A stretch of DNA of 63,998 bases, counting the filler, from Dimargaris cristalligena (Eukaryota), in the NCBI GenBank assembly GCA_003614675.1. It is 9 parts of 9 records of this genome, joined end to end, with 100 filler letters (N's around TTAATTAATTAA, not from the genome) between each part and the next. Parts side by side here need not be neighbours in the genome. Positions count along the whole stretch, not along the records: positions 7,186 to 14,264 come from ML003456.1; positions 14,365 to 21,398 come from ML003457.1; positions 21,499 to 28,521 come from ML003458.1; 6 more parts are not named here. One strand, given 5' to 3'. Shown in pieces: positions 10,701-21,586 of this stretch (position 1 is the stretch's first letter; each line of letters starts with the position of its first letter). The notes below the pieces were generated by a model that had not been told where the DNA came from, ran no database searches, and saw only the letters and a program-made list of their open reading frames with translations. Both the position numbers and the translations under genes were made by a program.

Positions 10701-12244
10701 GAAATGTCGGGTGTAGGATACTAAGGTACCAGTATTCAAGTAGTTGATTAGAAAAGGTGTAATATTAGTATCAATCTTCGCGGCGATAATTAAAGAAGGG
10801 GGCAGGAAGGAGCCTGTCTCTACCGACACAGTCTGGCGATGGAAATTTGATGCAGCGGTCCGGATTACTACATTTGGGTGGCAGGGGCAATGTACCGACT
10901 GACCCTCGACTGGAGCAAAAGAGGAATTACCCAACCGGCATCGGGGACTCTAGTCGAAAAAAAAATGACAGACTTATGCACATGTGCTCAATCTCTTAGC
11001 ATCAGAAATGCATGCGTACGTTTTCCCTCTATGGCCACACAAGCCATGGTCTGTGCGCTTTGGATTCCCAAATCAGAACGTGTTTCAGCGGCATCGCTGT
11101 AATGTTGCATTGCCATGGTTAACCGCCCCATTCCAGAACCAAGGTTCAAGCGGGTAGGCTTCTCAAGGATATAGTTCCAGTAGTCATCCCATTTGGAAAT
11201 CATGGAGAGGGCTCAAGAAGAGGGGGGGGTCAAAAAAACATATGAGCACAGAAGTGCGAAAGACTAGCCAATAGGTCACTATATCAGAATTTGATGGTGT
11301 AAAGCTAGATAAATTAAAATTGGTGGACTGGCAGGTCTTAGCTAGGGGTTTATTTTTTACGGTGGGGGCAATGCTGATAGGACGGCACTGCAAGTTATCT
11401 GTGGGCATCCCCAAATACTCTAATGGGAACTGAGGTGGGAAGGGTTGGTGCAATAGGGAAAATATAGCAGAGATGTCTTTTGGGTATTGGCTGGATTAGG
11501 CAACCGTCCATCGTGGTACTGGGAGCTACCATGGGAAAGGCGGCCTACCATGATACGAGTCAGGTTGGCGGCTATCTAAAGTTAAGGCCCAGTCGAAATA
11601 GCACCAACTACCCTTTGCGGCTGGCCGTGGTATTGTCCTATACCTCGCCCTGTTCTTTGACATGAGGTTTATCGGAACATCTGCTCTAATACCCTGCTAC
11701 TATAATGCCTCTGTGCCCAATTAATGATTTGACAACGGGTCACTAACGAAGCGACTGAATGAGTGTTAGGAGTATTCACCAGGCCAGCGACTTATGGACC
11801 TTGCCTATAGAGGTTACACCCGGCGTCAAAGAGTGGCCAATTAAGCATTTCTATATAGTGATTCCATGAAAAACAGGCCCTAATAAGAGCATATCGCTTC
11901 GATTATTTTCTACATTTAACCGTGTGTCGCACAAACTACTTCATGGGTGTAGCCGTACTATTTATGATAGGGACTAGCTGAAATATTTCCGGCATGATTT
12001 CCCACTAATTAGGACTCCATATGAAGGACAATGTCCATAACAGGCGGTTCTGTCATTGGCGGCTTGAAAGGCAAGAAAGGCGACCATCAGTTGTTTTGAA
12101 TTGGTGTCATTGACGCAAGAGGGAGGGGGTGGAGACCGGCCAAACCAAGGCCCACTGGATCAATCATTGCAATTGGGTACGGTGAATTAAGCGGACACGC
12201 CTTTGGTTAGAAACCCCCGACGCACCTATTATTATTTGCAAGAA

Positions 12245-12252
12245 TATATAAA
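12245..12252 (+). promoter_or_regulatory. Probable TATA box of the 12419 gene
   Basis: TATATAAA about 170 nt upstream of the ATG, followed by a C-rich leader. AATAAA lies at ~12804, downstream of the stop. Confidence 0.45.
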
Positions 12253-12418
12253 GACCTGGACATCCCCCCTTCGAGGTAAGACACCAACCGACATACAACC
12301 ACCGGATCAATCGATCACAGACTGATATAACATCCCCCCGCTTCGCTTCACGCCCCCCAGCTCCCTCGCCCAAGTAATCCAACCTTCGCCCCGCTTGCTC
12401 CCCCCTTTGTACCTAACC

Positions 12419-12700
12419 ATGCAGCTCCCTAGCCTGTCCCTGTTGGCTCTTATCGCCACCACCACTATTACCGTCGCCAACGCGGCCGTATTGCCCAGCA
12501 CTGCCACGGGCAATGCCGTCGCCAATCTACCAGTGAACCTGGCCCATGCCTCTAACGGAGATCATGCGACCCCTGTGAACCAGGCCAACAGCAATGACGA
12601 TGACGATGACGATCCACCTCATAAATGTGGCAAGTGTGGTCTTAAGTTTTACAATACTCAGCAGTATTTGACCCATCTTAATGAGCATGCGAAAGGCTAG
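12419..12700 (+). CDS. Small signal-peptide protein with one C-terminal C2H2 zinc finger (93 aa)
   Basis: ACCATG start. MQLPSLSLLALIATTTITVANA|AVLP is signal-peptide-like (ANA cleavage). A D6 tract precedes HKCGKCGLKFYNTQQYLTHLNEH, an exact C-x2-C-x3-F-x8-H-x3-H. Confidence 0.8.
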   Translation: MQLPSLSLLALIATTTITVANAAVLPSTATGNAVANLPVNLAHASNGDHATPVNQANSNDDDDDDPPHKCGKCGLKFYNTQQYLTHLNEHAKG

Positions 12701-13577
12701 ACCTCTGAAGACCGGCACACCCTTTATCTTTGGATGAAGTTACCCACTCCCCGTATCGCATTGTCCACTCCAATAGAGTTAAAAATTGGAACGAGTCTCC
12801 ATAAATAAACTTGAGATTTAGATATATGCATTGTAATGGACATCCCTGTGGAGAGGCGTATATATAATCAGAGAATGGGGACTGTAATCATTTCAATTAC
12901 AGGCTTTTGGCCGTGGTTATATGGCAGACCTCTATTCACTTACTACGACTTTAAAAGGCTACCAGGCTGGTTTATCTTTGAAGAGCAACCTAAGACAATA
13001 CCCTTCTTTCAAAGGGGGGGTTACAAGCAACCCAACTATTTACTGAATACTTCTTTTGCAAAATGAAATCCTTCCTGTTAGCTATTTTCGGTTTTGGTTA
13101 TCCTTGTGTATATTATTCAAAGTTTTCTGTAGCCATATCGAACATCTTCCAGGTGTATTACTTTCAATTTTCTGGGAAGGAGATTAGGCCTACGCATGGC
13201 CGGGTTAGGCGGGGATTAGTAAGACATTGCTGACTTCATCTATATTTAAAATACTACAATGTCAAATTAATTGAATCGTCCAATTACTGGCCAAGTATCA
13301 AAAAGAGCGGAAGTTAAACCCTAATTTACTAGTGACTAGTGCCATATGCGTTTGTAGTACTGGATAGCCCCACCTTTGAAGTACTAGGTTTAGGAAGCTG
13401 CAAAACAGCCTTTGCTTCATTCTCAGGCTGTTCTGATTTTGCAATGGAGGATCTCTGGCTCACAATATTGGGGATACCTGAGGACACAGACTGGCTGGAT
13501 TCTGGGATGTAGGAACTTATTGTAGGTTATGGGCAGGTCCATAAATAACAAGGAATTTTACTTATTGAAGTATGTGG

Positions 13578-14057
13578 TGTCACCAGGGTCAACTACTCTT
13601 AGTCCATTAAGAGTCCTAAGGATAGGCTTCCAATGGTAGGTGGGGCTTAGGCTTGGCCAAGTGGGCTACTAGTGTCAGGTATGGGGCATGGTACTAACTA
13701 ATAAAGGCTATGGCAGGGATATGTAAGGGATATACAGTGGGTACACTTATTAGTCAGTATGAGGGGGATGAGTGTATATAGAGTTTATTGGGGGTAAACT
13801 AAGGGGTAAGAATAAGCTAAGGAATCTAATTAGTCCCAATGGGACCCAGTTATATGTATATAGGGATGACTCCAGAGGGAGGTCTGGGGGAAGGTTACTA
13901 CTAAGACTATAGGATAGATAGATGGGCTGATTAGATAGCTGCAGGTATCTGGAAGGCTCTGAGGGTAACTAGAAGAGTCTTTGGATCAGTACTCAAATGA
14001 TTAGTACAAAGAGGCAGGGCCAGAAGGGAAAGGGTTATATAATATAGGATGATCCCA
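13578..14057 (-). mobile_element. LTR family copy, interrupted by the hAT-like terminus at 14058
   Basis: Begins TGTCACC (reverse complement of GGTGACA). Colinear with 42825-43318 and ~5680-6159. No CpG. Confidence 0.8.
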
Positions 14058-14264
14058 TAGTGTAGTGAACTTACCCCATTTTTTACCTACTTTTATTTTT
14101 AATCCATTTTTCGCACTTATCAGAAGTACACCCCTGATGAGTGAATGAGCCCCTGCCCCTACCCCTGATGAGTATAGTCATTTTTCCTCCATTTTCATTA
14201 TTATATTATTTTTCCTATTATTATATTTTATACCCTTGACTGTGATGTACCCCTGCCCCTGACC
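14058..14264 (+). mobile_element. DNA-transposon terminus (hAT-like)
   Basis: TAGTGTAGTGAACTTACC..., with subterminal CCCCTGATGAG x2 and CCCCTGCCCCT x2. Reverse-complement match to 7186-7331. Confidence 0.55.
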
Positions 14265-14613
14265 NNNNNNNNNNNNNNNNNNNNNNNNNNNNNNNNNNNN
14301 NNNNNNNNTTAATTAATTAANNNNNNNNNNNNNNNNNNNNNNNNNNNNNNNNNNNNNNNNNNNNAGGGAGTCAGGTGACCACTCTAGTTCAGGGGGACCG
14401 ATTCCCTCTGATGGTGGCATATGCGAGTCCACCTCTCCTGTTGTAGCGAACCCAAACATAGGACACCTACCAATTAAAAGGCATACAGGCGCAGGTATAA
14501 GTTTACTACCTACTTTCTCAACGATTCCCGCATTATACTATTATTAATAAATAAGGACAATTGGCGACATGCTGTGCTGCTCTATAATCACGCCCCCACC
14601 CGACCTAATCATG

Positions 14614-14752
14614 TGGACGAGGTCCAGCCAGGCTGTATAACGAAAAATATATTGGACGAAGTAATTACAACTTGGTTGCAAATGAATCCCCCGTCTATTT
14701 TTCCAAACACGTATCATTCAAACCCTTTAATAGTTGACCCAAATTTCACCCA
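14614..14752 (+). mobile_element. ~138-bp MITE family, diverged copy
   Basis: GGCTGTATAACGAAAAAT core, ending TTTCACCCA. Confidence 0.75.
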
Positions 14753-15522
14753 TTTGAAGACTCCCCCATTCCAAATCCGAGTCTTCCACAGATACCGGTA
14801 GTCTCCGAATAATGTCTCTGTTAATACTTCCAGGGAGGCCCTCTAAAGTCCTATGGGCATATAACTACCCTTTACATGCTACAATCAGCCAGTTCCTTAG
14901 CTTATATTACTTCTAGTATATCTTAATAAACACGGATAAACTGGCCCCGCTTTTTAGTAACTGTGCCACGGCACTCCTTTATGGCTATTCCCCATTCCCA
15001 TCCCCCGTTCCTCCCAAGTAGGCACCGAATGAGAATACTCTCGATGTAATAACCATTGTAAGCTTACCCGCGTGAACTCTTGGCAAATTATAAGTGGTGT
15101 TCCATTGCGCCAAATTCAAAAATCGATTAAAAAGGGTGTCATAGGAATCCCACAGCATGAAGCATACAAATGGGGTGACATTGCTAACTAAATAAGATAC
15201 ACCAAATAGGTGGTATGTGTTGCTAAGTAATTGTTTATTCGGAACTAAATAATAATTAAATAAACTAGAGACACTATTAAAGGGGGTTTGATATATAATA
15301 GGGTTGATCATTGTGGTATATCCAACGCATACCAAGGTATGGTATAAGGCAGAAGAGGTGATTACGGGGGTGTTCAGCCTCTTCTAAACGGCCATACACC
15401 TAGGCCATCCAATAGCAGCAATCAAGCGGGGCTGCTGACCCATAGAAAATCCTGAATTGTTTTGATGTTTGGTGACTGGGGGGACCCAATATGGGGCTTC
15501 GTGTGGCAGACCACCGATACGA

Positions 15523-16542
15523 TTATTCAATTTTCAGGGGTTTCAGGTAATCGTTTACGAGCGTTTCCAGGGTTTGGTCTGGAATTCGGGCCCCCATGGC
15601 ACGATTGGTTTCCAGTAGGGCTCGTTGAAATTGGGGCAGGGACGGGTTGCACGGTAAGCTCTTAATAATGGAAGTCATTAGCATGAGGATATACTCCTGG
15701 GGACTCGCATCGGCAATAGTCCGAAGCTGACGATTATTACTGGCTGTGAGAGCGGTTCTCTCGGTAGAAGAACTGCCTGTCCCCAGAATCGAGTAAAGGT
15801 GCAGTCCGAAATTTGTGATGACCTGGTCCTGAACCATGACCAGCCGTTCATCAATTAGAGGAGATTTATAGGCGGCCGATTTGACAATTACATCATCCAA
15901 GGTACGTTTCATGAACTCCGTCTCGGTGCTGAAGGGACCAGGTCGGATCGAGCGTTTTTCGGTTGTGGTATATTGACGCGCGAAAGTAATGCGCGGGAGA
16001 AATGAGTTATCTAGAGGCGCATTGTCCGCCACCTGGGAGGAGAAGGTCCCTGGTCGGCCATTTAGGTCGGGACGGCTGGAATCGGTAGGGGAGTTGCCCG
16101 TAGGGAAGGGCGACGGGGTTATTCTCTGGCCAAATAAAGCCTCGTCATCTACCAATAGCGCGAATAAATCGGAAAGGGCCCACACAATGACTTTGCTAGA
16201 CTGGGTAAGGGTGCACATATTAGCATCGCGTAAAGATTCGGCCGTGGGCAAAGATGTGGTCGAGGAGCTGGGGGGTGCGAGAGTCAACTTCAAATGAATA
16301 CCACCCAGATGCCGCTCGGTAAACCAGTTGAACAGGAAATGGTCTATAAGATGGGGATTATCCATGTCCTTGTCGTAAGCTTCGGGGTTTTCCGAATCAA
16401 CGAAATAAAAAAGGTGCGCTACGGTAGGTTGGTCTCGATCGATTTGTAAATAATGGTGACTGGCCATTTTATGGCCTGTCTTCTTATTGGGGACCACATT
16501 CCACCATTTGGACGACGACCGAGGCTTTTTACTGGTGGCCAT
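15523..16542 (-). CDS. Hypothetical protein; possibly an internal part of a larger spliced/decaying gene at 14985-18275
   Basis: Open frame >1 kb with first ATG at 16542. Intron signals upstream and a frameshifted continuation downstream. Confidence 0.55.
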   Translation of the reverse strand: MATSKKPRSSSKWWNVVPNKKTGHKMASHHYLQIDRDQPTVAHLFYFVDSENPEAYDKDMDNPHLIDHFLFNWFTERHLGGIHLKLTLAPPSSSTTSLPTAESLRDANMCTLTQSSKVIVWALSDLFALLVDDEALFGQRITPSPFPTGNSPTDSSRPDLNGRPGTFSSQVADNAPLDNSFLPRITFARQYTTTEKRSIRPGPFSTETEFMKRTLDDVIVKSAAYKSPLIDERLVMVQDQVITNFGLHLYSILGTGSSSTERTALTASNNRQLRTIADASPQEYILMLMTSIIKSLPCNPSLPQFQRALLETNRAMGARIPDQTLETLVNDYLKPLKIE

Positions 16543-17114
16543 AATATATAGATAGGTGTAGGTGCGCAATGGAGTAGCAAAGATAGGTAGTGCCAAATAA
16601 AGTTAGGTGGGTGGAATACAGGGAGTCGTTGTAAATAGCCGATCCATATAACTCCCGATGGGTTTTCAATAGGGTGGTGAAAGCTAGGATATAACGCCGA
16701 GGCATCGTTCGTTTTTCTTTCAAGGGTGTCAGTTAGCTAATTGGAATCTAGCATAACAGTATATTAAAATATACTTACGTCAGGCTGATGTACATGGTAA
16801 ATTGGAGGGGTTCATCGGAAGCTTCCCGACCTTCAATGCCACTTCGGGACGATGTACCAAATCCATACTTAGAGAGAATATCGATTCGCTGTAATATGGC
16901 GCAAATTATTCCATTTTTTTTGGGGGGGGGCGCGAGTAGACAAATAGATATAAAAAATGCTAGCTCAATTAAATAACTTTGGATTTTGACCTATCTAGAC
17001 ATACCATTATACCCCAAAAGAATTTGAAAGATTACCCCTAGGTGAATTTATCTGGGCAGATCAACAGGTGATAACAGTTAAGGGCAGCCGATATGTACTG
17101 TCACAGTCATGGGA

Positions 17115-18275
17115 TTAAAAGGCTCTACTTACATCTGCAATGCGATTCTTGACCCCTTTAAAGAAGGCATCTCCTTTGCCACCAGTAAGATAGGTCCGTG
17201 TTGTTTCAATTATCCCTCGACTGTCATCTGAAAACCTCATTCGCACTATTGAGGTTGGGTTTCCACCCCGGAGACTTCGGTTCTTTTGCTTTTCTGTCAG
17301 AGCGGGCAACGACTCCAAGGATACATACTCCAATTTTTCCTGGGATCTAGTCGTGGCGTACGCCCTAATTTCACGGTGGGTGGGGTAACTAAATAGTTTA
17401 GTTACATGTCCGTACCCCACGGTAGTCCCCGCATGATTCCCGTAGGTTAAATCGACTACCTCCACTGGCTGCAAATTACGGCCAAAGGCCATCCATTGTG
17501 TTGGTCCAGGAATCTTGGCCGCGATTGACCATTCGATCCCACGACGTTTCTTGAAACGGAACTCTCGAAGTTCTTCGTTGTATTCGTAGGGTAGCGAGCT
17601 TAGACCGGCGATATAGTCCCGAAAAGTAAAAAAGAGCTGTGTTGGCATGTCGGGCGCTTTCCCCACCGTCAACTTACGGGTAATGAATTCGGTGACTTCG
17701 TCCTCGTTGATAATGGTTGGATTATTTGTCAAGGGTTGACCATTGCCCGTCTGGCCAGCGCCTCCGTTAACCGGAGGGCCTGGGGCAGGGATCTCACTTA
17801 CTTGCAGGGTGAGGGACTCGCCCCCGACGCGCTTTTTCGAACTTATGCGGCGTTGTATCCACACCAGATAACGGCGGGTAATGCCACACCAACGCACATG
17901 CACAATCTCTAAAGCCGTCGGAATGGGGTCTTTCATTTTTTTGAACATCATGGGAGTAGACTCCACCTGGCTATTTCTCAGATATGCAGTGGCAGCTTTC
18001 CCTTTTGTGCTCACTCCGTGGTCGACGACGAACCTGTTGACAATTTGTTCGACCCGCTGCCGAACCCAATCCTGGATATCGGCGAAAGGAAGCGGCTCGC
18101 GGCTCGGCGTAGGGGCCGGGCCATTGAGGGGGTCCCATAGTCCCAGGACCGGAATGGCTTCGCCTATCTTGGGCGCGGGACTAGCGTGGGCCACACTGGT
18201 AAACACGACTAGAGCGAAAAGCATCCCCACCGTGGCGTAGGCCAGAGGTCGGTAGCGGGAAAAGATGGGGCACAT
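17115..18275 (-). CDS. Signal-peptide hypothetical protein (386 aa if unspliced)
   Basis: ACCATG start, hydrophobic VGMLFALVVFTSVAHA|SPAP, basic clusters RRISSKKR and FKKRRG. A GTAAGT donor at 17132 suggests the gene continues. Confidence 0.7.
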   Translation of the reverse strand: MCPIFSRYRPLAYATVGMLFALVVFTSVAHASPAPKIGEAIPVLGLWDPLNGPAPTPSREPLPFADIQDWVRQRVEQIVNRFVVDHGVSTKGKAATAYLRNSQVESTPMMFKKMKDPIPTALEIVHVRWCGITRRYLVWIQRRISSKKRVGGESLTLQVSEIPAPGPPVNGGAGQTGNGQPLTNNPTIINEDEVTEFITRKLTVGKAPDMPTQLFFTFRDYIAGLSSLPYEYNEELREFRFKKRRGIEWSIAAKIPGPTQWMAFGRNLQPVEVVDLTYGNHAGTTVGYGHVTKLFSYPTHREIRAYATTRSQEKLEYVSLESLPALTEKQKNRSLRGGNPTSIVRMRFSDDSRGIIETTRTYLTGGKGDAFFKGVKNRIADVSRAF

Positions 18276-21200
18276 GGTAGGTGATAGTGAATAGGCAAGG
18301 GAGGGGGGTAATAAAGATAATACGATACAAAAAAACGGGTCCTTATGAAATTGGTAAAGGCAGAAAGTCGAGGATTAACCCACGACTATATCGAACAGCG
18401 GCAATACTGCCCGTGTTCAAGCGAATGACTGAATAGAATGTGATAGGTAATAGGATGAATAATTAGAGGTAACTTATGCGAACCCGAAAAGGTAGCATCA
18501 AATAATGAACGGAGATAATAGGGAGAGATGGGAATTGTGCGTAATTTATATAAGGGTGAACGATAGTGGTGGTGATTTGTCTGAAGACCAGTCAAGTAGT
18601 GCCTTGGCCTTGAAGGAGCGAATATCACAATATATCCAACCGCCTGGAGTGGGTGAGACCAAAAAGGCCTATAGAGGGGGAGGTGGTACTAGGGCTTTTC
18701 CTTCAATCCCATTATGTATTCCACTTCATTGAACCATTTAGGTTACACTGTACGCAGTCTATGGTAAAATGGGGAGGGTATCGATTGGAATTAAAATGAG
18801 GGGAATAATAGTATGATATCCCCCTTTTTACCAATAATGATCGCGGTTTGGAGCCCAATTTACAAGCTGGCTTAGAGTGGATAGTTGTGGGTGAAAAGTG
18901 TGGGCTTATATCCCCACTTGAGGGCGCATGGGTGAGAGTGAATTTGGGACTCAATGGATACAACATGGAAACTGGCCGAACGAAAATGCTCCTTATGCTG
19001 TGAAAAAATAGAGGGACAGCCGTCTGCGGGTGTATACTATGTGCTCTTTCTAGATTTCCGCCGCACCTATTCTCCGTGATACAATAGAGACAGGTCTAAA
19101 TACAATGCGCGGTTGGACTGGGCTAAGTTCCATATTTTGCTTACCAAATTATACACGGCCATCACATTTTCTGAACCTGTAGCAAAAACCACACCTGACT
19201 CGGCTGCTTTTAAACCGAGAAATTTATGTTGATGACCCAACTACACACCCAATACTTGCTAATCGACAGAAACATGTATTAACCGGCAAACCTAGTAAGT
19301 GCCAGCTTAAAGATATAGACTAGGTGTATTTTATATTTGGGTCCAATATTCGGTCTATTCTATATAAGCGCAACATACCGAAAAACATATGCTCAACGGC
19401 TGTATCGCCACTTTTATTTGTAATTCACCATTCGACTCTTGGAGGAGGACGGGCCGCAAAAGTGGGGTCGTAGGGGTGCAACCCAACCTCTACGACTGGA
19501 GGCCGAAAAAATAAATATAGCAATACGCCAATATAATGGAGCAGAGGGCACATAGGGGACTCGCGATAGCGACGGGGTTGATGTCCAACTACGAGGGATT
19601 GGGAGAAAAAGGGACAGGGTTAAGCAAAAAGAGGCTTGGCAAAAATGGATAATCTCAAAGAACGATAAAGACGAATTCAAAGAAAATGGATCGGGAGTAG
19701 GTGTAGCTACAGTGTATGAAAAAAAACGGATTTGTTAGGTAAACAGTGCTGGAGTTCTATGACGCAATTTTATTTAAACGAGGAAGACCTGTCCCGATGA
19801 TTTAGTGGTCCAAAAATGGGGGGAGATGGTGGCTTTTTGTGAAAGAGGACTTTCGTTTCACAGCCGCGAGCAATATTAGGGCTTGGGTGTGCAATAGGCG
19901 AATGTGGTGGGGGGGGGGGTGTGAGTGGCGATAGGTATTGGTGGAAGAGAAGGGTGAAACGATGGTGACAGTGGTACCCTCTTCTCTCATTGTAACCTGG
20001 ACTAGCTTCGCGTTGGTCTTCTCCAGCCTTTCATGGTATCGACTCACTTTGGCTGTTTAATATTATACCTACTCCTCCAAGGCCTGTACGTAGCCCCCCT
20101 TTTTTTGTGCATGTCACCACTCTTTGGTTGCAATACAGTTGCGCAGAAATCAACGCTTCCGGCTATGATCAGAGGCAGTCATGCCGCCCCATTCGGCAAT
20201 ACTATTACCACTGCTATACATTGGGTTGGTGGCCGCTATAGTAAAATGCTTATATATATTGTTCTCACTAGTCGAAGGTGGCCTGTGGGTGAGTGGGGAA
20301 TGGTCAACACCTCTGGTTGAAGAGCTCATGACAACTGAATCAATCGAGCCATCAATGGAATGGCCAGATTCAGTTGGATGTGTAACCGGAGTAAAGTGAC
20401 TTGGCACCCCCTATTAAATAACCCTTCATCCTAATGACTTTACCCTCACTTTTTTATTCTCTGTCCCCCAGTGTTCAGTGCAGAATTTTCTGTGATGGAC
20501 AAGATTGGCTAGTTGGATGATTTGTATAGAACCAAGGTATATGGGGGAGCTAGAATGCTTCTGCTGCTGGGAGTCACAGGTGATAGTGGTTGTGCCAATG
20601 TGTGAAGGGTTTGATATGAGTAGTACAGGGATAATAAACTCAAGCATATAAAAATATACAACTAAACCCACATGGGCTGATTTGGAGTATAAGCATAAAT
20701 AATGGTTATTATCCCCAATATGTTGCTTAGAGCCCTTAGGGGGGATGGCCTGACTAGCACCAATATTTTTGGGAAATCTTTGATACTTGGTGGGGGGTCT
20801 CTCTCTGTGAAACAGTAGTCACTGTGGTCCAATTGGAGAATAGATATAAGTGGGCTGTGTATTAATTGGCAAGCTATAATCAGGCTCAAAAAGGGTAGAC
20901 AGTAGTGGCATGAGGAGCACAATATTCATGGAGTAGTTTATGGGTACAGGTAGTATGCAGAATTTGGAAGGTGAGTTATTCAAATTTAATAAAAATAGTG
21001 GTTAATAAACTTGATAATTACAAGTAGTTCTAATCTAATGAAACATAAATAAGTGAGGATATTCCTGGTAATTATTATTTATAGTATCAAATCAATATTG
21101 GCCTAAATATTAATTTAGGAGGAATTATGATAGTTTGGGGATTATATATGACTATTTTTCTGAATATAGTATTGAAAATAGGTTAAATCACAGGTCATAT

Positions 21201-21343
21201 TACCTCATGATGTTATTCAATTATACTAATTTAAAAAAAAAAAAAACTGCTCCTCAAACATAATAGGACCATGTTTCTTACCTATAATATATATAAAAGC
21301 CAGTTATTAAATAGTTCTGCAAGAACAGCAAATTTCAAAATAT

Positions 21344-21398
21344 TGGAGGACCAGGGTATCGATCCCCGTGCCTCTCGCATGCTAAGCGAGCGCTCTCC
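21344..21398 (-). tRNA. tRNA-Ala (AGC), 5' end cut by contig edge
   Basis: Minus strand GGAGAGCG CTCGC-TT-AGC-AT-GCGAG AGGCA CGGGG-ATCGATA-CCCTG GTCCTCCA. The ATCG T-loop is typical of eukaryotic tRNA-Ala. T-run downstream. Confidence 0.93.
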
Positions 21399-21498
21399 NN
21401 NNNNNNNNNNNNNNNNNNNNNNNNNNNNNNNNNNNNNNNNNNTTAATTAATTAANNNNNNNNNNNNNNNNNNNNNNNNNNNNNNNNNNNNNNNNNNNN

Positions 21499-21555
21499 TA
21501 ATATTGGCCGAATCTAATGGATTTTTCGTTATACAGCTTGGATGAACTTCTCCCA
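21499..21555 (-). mobile_element. ~138-bp MITE family, partial copy at contig edge
   Basis: One mismatch to the 63928 copy over the shared length. Confidence 0.85.
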
Positions 21556-21586
21556 TATTATCTATCCTACTCTATTGCAATAAATA

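Noticed and set aside
8264..11500. Many 60-130 aa ORFs in the middle of contig 2
   Set aside because: No motif or consistent frame. The S/P-rich start at 8264 may be a relic but cannot be assigned.
14131..14175. Two CTGATGAG words resembling hammerhead ribozyme cores (also 7223-7258, minus)
   Set aside because: No stem II followed by GAAA and no stem III/NUH could be built. Better explained as subterminal repeats.
16771..16780. ATACTTAC as a U1 snRNA 5' end (also ~51908)
   Set aside because: No U1 stem-loops or Sm site seen; at 16773-16778 it is the reverse complement of a GTAAGT donor.
17032..17034. In-frame TAA (and TGA at 42293) as evidence of stop-codon recoding
   Set aside because: TAA ends conserved genes here (rhomboid, APL2), no conserved gene shows internal stops, and C>T mutation explains both.
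19414..20407. Short ORFs and minus-strand intron-like signals (CTTAAC...CTCGTAG)
   Set aside because: I could not assemble a consistent, recognisable gene; may be a UTR or small spliced gene but is unsupported.
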